20,000 nt of DNA from an uncultured virus (IMG/VR IMGVR_UViG_3300025133_000067) (IMGVR_UViG_3300025133_000067); one strand, 5' to 3'; shown: positions 1-7,589, numbered from the stretch's first letter. A program made the numbers and translations. Notes: a model not told the origin generated them from the sequence alone.

Positions 1-1
1 T

Positions 2-256
2 TGCTTCTCTCATAGAGTTTAATACTAAGAATGTTTTACCAGTTCCAGATGGTCCAGCTACAGAACAGCTTCTATTATTTGGCCATCCCTTAAATAAATC
101 TCCAGAAACACAAGCATTCAAATGATAATTACCAGTGTTTATCCATTCCGTTACTTCTGAGAAATTCGATTGGTCCATTACAGAACCCATTGGATTCATT
201 GCTGCCAATTCTTTGTTCAAATCGTTAAATGTAAATTCTTTATTCTTTTTTGCCAT
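2..256 (-). CDS. uvsX: UvsX/RecA-like recombinase, N-terminal part (runs off the left edge of the window)
   Basis: Not in the ORF track. Manual translation from the ATG at 256 gives MAKKNKEFTFNDLNKELAAMNPMGSVMDQSNFSEVTEWINTGNYHLNACVSGDLFKGWPNNRSCSVAGPSGTGKTFLVLNSMREA. The 'INTG..LN..SG....G.P' segment followed by Walker A (GPSGTGKT) is typical of RecA/UvsX, and it sits beside DNA polymerase. Confidence 0.88.
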   Translation of the reverse strand, partial: MAKKNKEFTFNDLNKELAAMNPMGSVMDQSNFSEVTEWINTGNYHLNACVSGDLFKGWPNNRSCSVAGPSGTGKTFLVLNSMREA

Positions 257-431
257 TGTTAAATATTTTATTTTCTGAATCTCTTATTGATTCTAATTCT
301 TCAATAGTTTCCTTAATTCTATCTTGAATTACCTTCATTTCATTTTGAAGGTCTGTTAATTTTTGGTGTACTTTCGAATATTTTAGAACATAATCCTTTT
401 GCTCACTTGTTAAATCATCAAATTCTAACAT
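240..431 (-). CDS. Small hypothetical coiled-coil protein (63 aa)
   Basis: ATG overlaps the stop of the upstream ORF, and the 3' end overlaps the uvsX start. Heptad-like helix (LTDLQNEMKVIQDRIKETIEEL). Confidence 0.7.
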   Translation of the reverse strand: MLEFDDLTSEQKDYVLKYSKVHQKLTDLQNEMKVIQDRIKETIEELESIRDSENKIFNNGKKE

Positions 432-628
432 TATTCTTTCTCTTGTTTTATTTCTGTTATCATTTGGTCTAAGGTATATTGCCTTGGGTTTGGATTAGCA
501 TCATATGCCTGCATAGCTTCTAACGCTAATTCTTCTTGCATAATTCTTCTAACCGTTGCTCCTAAAATTGAGTCATCTTCTGTTGTTTTAGTAGCTTCTT
601 TAATTCTGTTGTAAAATAGTTCAGTCAT
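431..628 (-). CDS. Small hypothetical protein (65 aa)
   Basis: ATG lies directly downstream of an AAAC-N17-TATAAT motif and the ORF is coupled to the next gene. Confidence 0.7.
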   Translation of the reverse strand: MTELFYNRIKEATKTTEDDSILGATVRRIMQEELALEAMQAYDANPNPRQYTLDQMITEIKQEKE

Positions 629-644
629 GGTATCTTTATTTGAT

Positions 645-672
645 ATTATATAAGTAAATGTGCTATTGTTTA
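645..672 (-). promoter_or_regulatory. Putative phage early/middle promoter, AAAC-N17-TATAAT (copy 1)
   Basis: Minus strand reads TAAAC AATAGCACATTTACTTA TATAAT. Same spacing as three other intergenic copies. Confidence 0.7.
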
Positions 673-673
673 A

Positions 674-1867
674 TTAAAATAATGATGTAGAATATATTAA
701 GTTTCTATTTAATGTTTGAAGACCTAAAACTATTAAAATTCTATTGATAGGGTCAATAACACTTTTTTCGAATTGAACCTCATAATCTACTTCAGGTGCA
801 AATTCATATGGATGTTCTCCAGTTTGATAAGCAAACATTGGACTAATATTATGTTTACAATGGTAAATCTTTAACTTTTCTCCATTACCATTTAATTGAT
901 ACTTTGATTTATATTTTTTATTATTGTTTAATAAAAAGTTATAAAAACCAGCAGCTCTTACATTTGCTGGACATTTAGTACCTAATTGAAATTCATTAGT
1001 ATCATCAATAACATACTTGTCTATATTATTAGTTCTTTTATTAAAACAGATATGGTCTATATCTGCCAATTTGAAAGCTTTCTTAGATTTTTTTAGAAAT
1101 TCTACAAGTTTTGCAATTGTACCTGCTGTTGGTTTTTCAGATAATAATATCTCTACCGCTTTTGTTAATTGTTTTCTTGCTATTGTTGGAGTAGAACTTT
1201 GTATAATATCAAAACCAATTGTTTTAATTTTACTTAAAGATTTGAATCTATCATCAACATCAAGCATATCAATCCATGCAATATCTTGTAAATATTTCTT
1301 TTTGGATAGCCAAATTCCACTATATGAAATTGTCTCAAGGTCAAAATATAAATAATTTTTAGTATTTAAGTCTACTGAATATTTCTCCATTGAATTTGTA
1401 ATAAAGCCATCTAACCTAATCTTATAAAGTTTCATTATAAATTGGTCGATTGTAAGTTTATCTCCTAGCCATTCAATAGATTCATACATCTCTTCGAATT
1501 GAACATAGCATGAATCTGTATCGATATAAATTACAGATGGTTTTTTTACTTTTACGACTTTAATATTAAAATACTCATGTACTTTTACATCTTTATGCCA
1601 TAATTCATTAAAGTATAGATTTAGTCTTTCTTCAGAATATAGAATCGCTCCTTGTCCTTGTAATGTAATAGATTCTGCAATATCAATATTAAAGAAATGA
1701 AACCACTTGTTTCCGAATGCACCATAAATAGAGTTAAGCGTAACTTTTACTGCTTGCTCATATGCTGTAAATTTCTTTGATAGGTTTTCGTAGTGTTCTT
1801 TTAATACTATCGCTTCATCTTTTGTGAGAGAACTTATATCTCTTTTAGTTAGCACATGTATGTTCAT
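674..1867 (-). CDS. Family B DNA polymerase, C-terminal subunit of a split polymerase (gp43B-like)
   Basis: Motif B (KVTLNSIYG) is about 40 aa from the start, followed by 'AESITLQGQ', motif C (YIDTDS), 'KKKY' and thumb-like 'SSTP'. There is no exonuclease domain or motif A (DxxSLYPS). Ends in SLF. Confidence 0.9.
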   Translation of the reverse strand: MNIHVLTKRDISSLTKDEAIVLKEHYENLSKKFTAYEQAVKVTLNSIYGAFGNKWFHFFNIDIAESITLQGQGAILYSEERLNLYFNELWHKDVKVHEYFNIKVVKVKKPSVIYIDTDSCYVQFEEMYESIEWLGDKLTIDQFIMKLYKIRLDGFITNSMEKYSVDLNTKNYLYFDLETISYSGIWLSKKKYLQDIAWIDMLDVDDRFKSLSKIKTIGFDIIQSSTPTIARKQLTKAVEILLSEKPTAGTIAKLVEFLKKSKKAFKLADIDHICFNKRTNNIDKYVIDDTNEFQLGTKCPANVRAAGFYNFLLNNNKKYKSKYQLNGNGEKLKIYHCKHNISPMFAYQTGEHPYEFAPEVDYEVQFEKSVIDPINRILIVLGLQTLNRNLIYSTSLF

Positions 1868-1870
1868 ATA

Positions 1871-2623
1871 TTAAGCAGATTGACATGTTGCGATAGTCAA
1901 TAAAGTTTCTGAATCGTTAGATTTTAATACAACTCTATTACTTAAAACATGAGCAGTGTAATCTTCTTTATCTAAAAGGTTTAAGTATTTTTTGAATAAC
2001 GTTACATCTCCACTTTCATCTCCATTTGCAGTTGCGGTAACTAACATATTGTATGTTTTACCTTTTAATCTTACACCATCTTTCTTTCTTTTAATTGAGA
2101 ATGTTTCATCTTTGTCAATTGTAAATAGAGATTTTACTTTAGCAATACTTGGGTAATCAAATTCAAAATCAAAGTTTGCGCCATCAATATTAAAAATAGA
2201 AGCTATTTGAGCATCTGATAAATCTTTATATCCTAATGAAGGTTCAGAACATGCTAATGTTATTTCTAACTCATCATTATAAATTTTGAAACTTGATGCT
2301 ACACAATCTTCATCATTTTCAATAAATTCAAATTCACCTCTAATAGATTCTCCATCAAATTGTTTGAATGCTTCGATTAATCTTGCCGCATCAAAGAATG
2401 CAATTTTTAATTCTTTTTCTGTTGTAATCTCTCCATCTTGAATTTGAAAGATTTCTTTCAAAGGAACTCTATTATGTTTTACAGCATCTCTTTGTGGTAG
2501 ATATGCTGAAGCTTCTACTACTTCATTTATAATCTTAAAATATACGAATGAATCAATAACCTTTAATCTGTTTATAAATCCTACAAATGCTCCTTGGTTT
2601 ACTTTACTAATATTTACTTTCAT
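1871..2623 (-). CDS. Probable DNA sliding clamp (gp45/PCNA-like)
   Basis: 250 aa, acidic, with two similar halves of alternating helix and strands (e.g. 'FFDAARLIEAFKQF' and 'LFKKYLNLLDKEDYTAHV') resembling clamp topology. Directly upstream of PolB. Fold inference only. Confidence 0.55.
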   Translation of the reverse strand: MKVNISKVNQGAFVGFINRLKVIDSFVYFKIINEVVEASAYLPQRDAVKHNRVPLKEIFQIQDGEITTEKELKIAFFDAARLIEAFKQFDGESIRGEFEFIENDEDCVASSFKIYNDELEITLACSEPSLGYKDLSDAQIASIFNIDGANFDFEFDYPSIAKVKSLFTIDKDETFSIKRKKDGVRLKGKTYNMLVTATANGDESGDVTLFKKYLNLLDKEDYTAHVLSNRVVLKSNDSETLLTIATCQSA

Positions 2624-2626
2624 TTT

Positions 2627-2809
2627 TTATTTTTTTGTTAATTCATATTTATTTGCTAATGTATTCCATATCACCATTAACGCTGTTGTGCCATATATAG
2701 TCATTTCTGGAGACACACTAGCCTCTATAACATCTCTAGCATAATCAAATGCTTCTTTAATGTTTTCTCTATCCGCAAACATTGGTGTCGGTGTTAGTTT
2801 TTCTGTCAT
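2627..2809 (-). CDS. Small hypothetical protein (60 aa)
   Basis: First ORF after promoter motif copy 2; fills the gap before the clamp-like gene. Confidence 0.65.
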   Translation of the reverse strand: MTEKLTPTPMFADRENIKEAFDYARDVIEASVSPEMTIYGTTALMVIWNTLANKYELTKK

Positions 2810-2824
2810 TTTATTTAATTTATT

Positions 2825-2852
2825 ATTATATAAGACAATCTTAACTTGTTTA
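2825..2852 (-). promoter_or_regulatory. Putative phage early/middle promoter, AAAC-N17-TATAAT (copy 2)
   Basis: Minus strand reads TAAAC AAGTTAAGATTGTCTTA TATAAT. Confidence 0.7.
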
Positions 2853-3893
2853 TTAAAATAGCCTATCTGTATTTAAGTTATTTGCAAAAAACCGTTCCAT
2901 TAAATCTCCACCAGCTCTTGCAACTCTTCTTCTTGTAATTAGATTTGTATTATTACTTAATCTATGGTATACTCCAAATTGACAAAGACCAACCTCACAT
3001 CCATAAGTTTTTAATTCATTTTGCTCATCTGTTAATATTCTTTGACCATTCACTACAACATTGTGAGTTGACTCATGTAAAAATATATCGCCTATTAAAT
3101 CAACATAATTCTCTCTAAACCAAATAACTCTATCACCATAAGGAATTGTACAATCTTCTCCAAATAATAAATCTAAAGTTAACCTAGCTCCTGGTCCAGG
3201 TACACAAAATCTTTCATCGTGGTTTGCGTTGATTGCAGGATTTACTGAATTTGAAGTAGCACAGTGATAACCATAATATTGTCCAACTCCTTCCAATGTC
3301 TTTAATATATTATATAATTCCTCAAGAGAATTTGCTTGAGACATTTGTTTTGTTATTCCTCTTGGTATAAATGAGGCAACCCAAAGTAATATATTTATTT
3401 TATCAGCGTTTCTTTCAAGTCCTCTAGATTCTGCAACAAAACCGTTAGACGCGCCAAATAAACTTGTTCTAAGTTCTGTTGTTCCATATATTGGTAGTCC
3501 TAAATTTACAGCATCATCAAGATTTTTACGAATCTCATCTTCATAATCTCTATCAATCAATAATCTTTCAAAATCTACAAGTGCTGTTTTAGGATTGGAA
3601 TCTCTTGTTAGTATTTGGTGAATACCTCTACCTCCATAGAAGTGAGAAATTATTGTATTACATATAATATTGTCAATGCTCATGCTTGACGTTACAATAT
3701 TCTCCATAATATATACCATCCTATCATCTAATACAATTGCAGGATGAAAATATTCTACATCAGGCCCTAATGCTTCATCGCCCTCATTATCATATGAATC
3801 ATAAATACCTCGTTGCCATAAAGCTCTATCATTAATCTTATTAAAGAAATAACCTACTCTTTCGATTAATTCCATGTCTACCTGATCTATCAT
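2853..3893 (-). CDS. aGPT-Pplase1 / 5-hmdU DNA kinase helical-domain-like protein (HhH-glycosylase-like fold; putative DNA base-modifying enzyme)
   Basis: Motif order matches the family as I recall it: N-terminal 'FFNKINDR...D..L...Y...DDR..YI', HhH-like 'LEGVGQYYGY', 'F..PGPGA...L', and C-terminal 'EVGLCQFGVYHR' (cf. E..LCE..KY.R). Ends in RLF. Confidence 0.65.
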   Translation of the reverse strand: MIDQVDMELIERVGYFFNKINDRALWQRGIYDSYDNEGDEALGPDVEYFHPAIVLDDRMVYIMENIVTSSMSIDNIICNTIISHFYGGRGIHQILTRDSNPKTALVDFERLLIDRDYEDEIRKNLDDAVNLGLPIYGTTELRTSLFGASNGFVAESRGLERNADKINILLWVASFIPRGITKQMSQANSLEELYNILKTLEGVGQYYGYHCATSNSVNPAINANHDERFCVPGPGARLTLDLLFGEDCTIPYGDRVIWFRENYVDLIGDIFLHESTHNVVVNGQRILTDEQNELKTYGCEVGLCQFGVYHRLSNNTNLITRRRVARAGGDLMERFFANNLNTDRLF

Positions 3894-3899
3894 AGTTCT

Positions 3900-4592
3900 T
3901 TATTTTATAAAGGAACAATCGTAACCTATCAAATTATCTGTAAATATTATAATTGGTTCTATTTTGTTTTTTGGATATTTTTCTACAAGGCTTTGAATAG
4001 CATCTTCAATTAAGTCTTTATGAGAACCAGCATGCATTTCTATAAGTAAAACATCTGGATAATAGTCTAAAACATCTTCTAGAATTTGGTATTCTGCCCC
4101 TTCTATATCAATCTTAATAATATCTGGAGAATATTTATTTGCAAGTTCATTAAATCTAATATTTTGAACTTCATCATACTCTTTGAACTGATTATTTTTC
4201 TTCTTTATAATAGAAGTAGAACAATGATTCTTTTGGCTATTATTTTTGTATATCTTTATAGTATCATCTTCAAGAGCTGAGACAGCAGCATGAATTACAT
4301 CTACATTTTCTGAATTTTCAAAAGAATCTGCTAACATATTGAAGTTTCTAAAGTCACACTCGACTGCAATAACTTTAGATGCTCCAAAGTCCATTGCTAT
4401 CTTTGAGAAACCTCCGACATTGGCTCCTAAATCAAGACAAACTTTATTGGTATAATCTACTCCTGGAATTAAATAATTTACAATACTTTCTCCTATCATG
4501 TCAGCGTCTACTCTTTCAATTGCGCCTAAAAACTTTTTATATTCTGCTTTAAGTTTTCTTTTTGTTTTTCTGTCTATTGGTAATTCAATCAT
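3900..4592 (-). CDS. FkbM-family SAM-dependent methyltransferase
   Basis: SAM-binding motif 'LDLGANVGGFS', then 'VIAVE', 'HAAVS' and the FkbM hallmark 'IIKIDIEGAE'. Confidence 0.88.
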   Translation of the reverse strand: MIELPIDRKTKRKLKAEYKKFLGAIERVDADMIGESIVNYLIPGVDYTNKVCLDLGANVGGFSKIAMDFGASKVIAVECDFRNFNMLADSFENSENVDVIHAAVSALEDDTIKIYKNNSQKNHCSTSIIKKKNNQFKEYDEVQNIRFNELANKYSPDIIKIDIEGAEYQILEDVLDYYPDVLLIEMHAGSHKDLIEDAIQSLVEKYPKNKIEPIIIFTDNLIGYDCSFIK

Positions 4593-4594
4593 AT

Positions 4595-4975
4595 TTATTT
4601 TTTTACTAAATTAGAAACTACATGTACAATTTCAATAGACTCATGATTTTCTTTTATAATGTCATATTGGATTTTGTCATCTTCAAAGAACCTAGAAACT
4701 ACAAGGCCTATTTCTTTTAATTCTTTTATTGTTTTTGCTTTATGTTTTCCTGATAATCTTCTGCATTCTACTGTATGGTTGCCTCTCTCAGCCAAAGACA
4801 TCGGATTAAAATAAACTTCATTTGTAATTCCTCTCTTATCTAAGATATTTCTTACATACTCTTGTTCGTCATAGCAACGACCTGTTATAATAACATCATT
4901 TTTGCAGCATGGGTTAATACCAATAGATATGACACCATCAAAATCATAGCCATTAATTTCTATAGTATCTTTCAT
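4595..4975 (-). CDS. Minimal (capless) HAD-superfamily phosphatase
   Basis: Motif I (YDFDGVI), motif II (IITGR), motif III Lys (HKAKTI) and motif IV (FFEDD). Confidence 0.8.
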   Translation of the reverse strand: MKDTIEINGYDFDGVISIGINPCCKNDVIITGRCYDEQEYVRNILDKRGITNEVYFNPMSLAERGNHTVECRRLSGKHKAKTIKELKEIGLVVSRFFEDDKIQYDIIKENHESIEIVHVVSNLVKK

Positions 4976-6162
4976 TAAGCTTTAACTTTGTCCATTTGCT
5001 TTGAAGTAGACTCAGTCAACCTACGGTTCGCTAATTCAGTACACTCATAAATAGCATCTGAAAACATCATTTGGTCTGGTGGAGTTTTTTGAGTAAATGC
5101 TGAAGGACCTCTTAATGCTCCTACAACTCCTAATTCTCTAGCAACTTTCAAATATCTAATTGCGTCGATTACAACTCCTCCAGAATTTGGACTATCTTGA
5201 ACACTTAATTGAGCATCAAATATTACTGGAGAACCACCAAATCCTTCAAGCTCTAATCTAAAGTTTGCAACTTTGTTATCTCCATAGAAGTGAATATACT
5301 CAGAAGGTCCAGCATGTAAGAATGAATCTTCAGTAGAAATATCTCTAATTTCATTCTGAGCTCTAATAACATTTTCTTTAGAAATCTTCTTTGAAGCTAA
5401 TCTACCCTTATCTTCCATATTTAAGAAATCGGTATTACCACCTACATTTCTTTGAATGTGTGCTTTTACATGGTGACCTCTTTCAAAAGCTAATTCTTGT
5501 AGCATTTGAGATACAATACTTGCACCAAATTGAGAACGCATATCGTCTCCAATTAATGGAATACCAGCATCGATAAATCTTCGTTCCCATGCAGGGTCAG
5601 ATGCAATAAATACTGGGATACAGTTTACAAAAGAAATTCCAGTTTCTAGACAAATTTCAGCCCAAAATTCTGTAGTCTTTTGAGAACCTACTGGTAAATA
5701 ATTAACAAGAATCTCAACCTTCTTAGCTTTTAATTCCTTAATGATTTTATCCTTCCATTTTCTTTCTAATCTATTAGTCCAAGATACTCTATTCATATCT
5801 GTAGAATTTCTTAACTTTTCAGAAACTAAGAATCTATTTTCTTCAGGATAATTATCCATAAGTCCAGCATATCCATCAATAACTGGTGCTTCAAGTACAG
5901 GAGCCTTAGATTTAATTTTATCTACAATTTTCCATGCTGAATTTGGTCTTTGTTGAAGTGCTTCACCTAATGGTAAACCAATTTTACGCTCATCAATATC
6001 AAATCCTAACACGAATTCAACATCACCTGCTAAATATCCTCCAATATCTGGTTTCATTACTCCAGTTTTTGCATTAGTATGTTCGCCATAATATTGAACT
6101 CCTTCTACTAATGACTTTGCACAGTTTCCTGTTCCGATAATTCCTACTTTAATTTTACTCAT
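4975..6162 (-). CDS. ino1: myo-inositol-1-phosphate synthase (prokaryotic type)
   Basis: Rossmann motif 'GIIGTGNCAKSLVEG', plus 'NYLPVGS', 'FVNCIPVFIAS', 'GDDMRSQFGAS', 'NVGGNTDFLNM', 'SKKISK', 'GPSEY...DNK', 'DSPNSGGVVIDAIR' and 'KTPP'. All characteristic blocks and catalytic lysines are present. Confidence 0.95.
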   Translation of the reverse strand: MSKIKVGIIGTGNCAKSLVEGVQYYGEHTNAKTGVMKPDIGGYLAGDVEFVLGFDIDERKIGLPLGEALQQRPNSAWKIVDKIKSKAPVLEAPVIDGYAGLMDNYPEENRFLVSEKLRNSTDMNRVSWTNRLERKWKDKIIKELKAKKVEILVNYLPVGSQKTTEFWAEICLETGISFVNCIPVFIASDPAWERRFIDAGIPLIGDDMRSQFGASIVSQMLQELAFERGHHVKAHIQRNVGGNTDFLNMEDKGRLASKKISKENVIRAQNEIRDISTEDSFLHAGPSEYIHFYGDNKVANFRLELEGFGGSPVIFDAQLSVQDSPNSGGVVIDAIRYLKVARELGVVGALRGPSAFTQKTPPDQMMFSDAIYECTELANRRLTESTSKQMDKVKA

Positions 6163-6199
6163 AATTGTTTACTTAAATATTTTTATTTATTGTTATGTT

Positions 6200-6227
6200 A
6201 TTATATGATTATTTCTGAAAAAGTTTC
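6200..6227 (-). promoter_or_regulatory. Putative phage early/middle promoter, AAAC-N17-TATAAT (copy 3), upstream of ino1
   Basis: Minus strand reads GAAAC TTTTTCAGAAATAATCA TATAAT. Confidence 0.68.
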
Positions 6228-7275
6228 AAAATAAGCTGTTAACTTTTTGCTCTAATGCAGTGTTTTTTTCATTTAGGGTGAAATTATATTGATAGTACTC
6301 TCGTGATATATGTACTGAACCAGGTTTCTCCATGTATTTTTTAGCAAAATACTCAGGCTTTGCATCATACCAATCTGATGGCCAATCAATTGTCTCATAC
6401 CCATCTTCACTAGATAATCTATCAATCTCATTATTGAAAATTTCCATCAATTGGTTTCTTTCTTGCTGAGTTCCAGCAAATGGAGTTCCTTTGTACCATC
6501 CTGTTTTTGGAATTCTTCTATCTTCATATTCAATAGGTAATAATTTAACTACACTAATCTTTTCAATATTAAGAGATTCTAAATGTTCGAAATAATTTTT
6601 TACTAAATTTTTTGTAGCATCAATTGGATTATCTTGTCTACATAAATGATGTCTAATATCTATATTACCAAAATAAGTTATAAGATGCTTTGTACCTTCT
6701 GGAATATAAGTTTCCATACCATCTTTAATTGCTCCAAATAAAGTCTTACCATCGTTTCTAGATATATTAGAACCTGGAACAAACACTGAAACAGCATGAC
6801 TATCTCCTAAAATAAATGTAGATGAATCTAATGTTAAATCTACAGTTTCTATATTTTTACAAATATCTGTCAACTGCGCGACATCAAGTGCTTTCCAATT
6901 ATCAGAACATGATTTTAATCTACTCTCAGTAAATGCACCAACATCTGGCATTTCTCTATTTATACAATACAATTGTCCATTATAATCTAATAGTCTTTTA
7001 ATTCTAGCAGCTGGTTCATCATTAGCTCCTCCAAATAAATTATAACTTCCAGCAAATTCCATAGGAAGAGCTACCATCCAAACATCAAAATCATGTACAT
7101 TATCCTGTTTAGTTAAAACTTTAGCAGAAAGTCCAATTGATTTTAATTGAGAGGCCAACATATAAGACCATGCAGATTTATGAGAAGATTCTCTATCGCT
7201 ATACGTCGTTACAACATCATCAATAGCAATAGTTTTACCATTTAATGAGTCTTTAATATCGTTAATACTAACCAT
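6226..7275 (-). CDS. Hypothetical protein with a C-terminal SGNH/GDSL-like hydrolase or acyltransferase domain
   Basis: Block I 'ILGDSHA', block II-like 'DGKTLFG', block III-like 'YFGNIDIRHH' and block V-like 'PGSVHIS'. The N-terminal ~145 aa are unassigned. Ends in SLF. Confidence 0.55.
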   Translation of the reverse strand: MVSINDIKDSLNGKTIAIDDVVTTYSDRESSHKSAWSYMLASQLKSIGLSAKVLTKQDNVHDFDVWMVALPMEFAGSYNLFGGANDEPAARIKRLLDYNGQLYCINREMPDVGAFTESRLKSCSDNWKALDVAQLTDICKNIETVDLTLDSSTFILGDSHAVSVFVPGSNISRNDGKTLFGAIKDGMETYIPEGTKHLITYFGNIDIRHHLCRQDNPIDATKNLVKNYFEHLESLNIEKISVVKLLPIEYEDRRIPKTGWYKGTPFAGTQQERNQLMEIFNNEIDRLSSEDGYETIDWPSDWYDAKPEYFAKKYMEKPGSVHISREYYQYNFTLNEKNTALEQKVNSLF

Positions 7276-7543
7276 TCTTTTCGTTTATGTAGTTTTCTAA
7301 TCCTTGGATATATGCGACTGCATCCAATAAATTATCCCTTTTATGATTATAACTTTCACGAGATAATTTCAAAGCTATTAAAGCTATATACATTTCTTTA
7401 CCTGTAATATCAAGGCCTGACATACCATTAAAGATTGATGCTGCTCTGTCCATACCTTCTGAAAATGGACCATACTCTCTGTCTTTTTCTTCGCTTCTGT
7501 TGTTTACAATACCATCAGCTTCGTTTAATATACTTTTCTTCAT
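7268..7543 (-). CDS. DUF6378-like small all-alpha MazG/dNTP pyrophosphatase-related protein
   Basis: Pattern 'ILNEA..IVN.R...YG.F....A.....M.IALKLSR......D.LLD..AY'. Start moved from 7591 to the ATG at 7543 (MKKSILNEA) because the promoter motif lies at 7547-7574. Confidence 0.65.
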   Translation of the reverse strand: MKKSILNEADGIVNNRSEEKDREYGPFSEGMDRAASIFNGMSGLDITGKEMYIALIALKLSRESYNHKRDNLLDAVAYIQGLENYINEKNG

Positions 7544-7546
7544 ATT

Positions 7547-7574
7547 ATTATATATAAGATTTGTGAAATGTTTA
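7547..7574 (-). promoter_or_regulatory. Putative phage early/middle promoter, AAAC-N17-TATAAT (copy 4)
   Basis: Minus strand reads TAAAC ATTTCACAAATCTTATA TATAAT. The -10 box ends 3 nt before the ATG, so the transcript would be leaderless or the ATG is served by read-through. Confidence 0.62.
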
Positions 7575-7589
7575 ACCCTGGAACCCCCC

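Noticed and set aside
674..2623. PolB truncation caused by frameshift, intron, intein or stop-codon reassignment
   Set aside because: The upstream ORF is a complete unrelated protein, and no homing endonuclease or intein motifs are visible. Long uninterrupted ORFs and gene ends at TAA, TAG and TGA fit the standard code.
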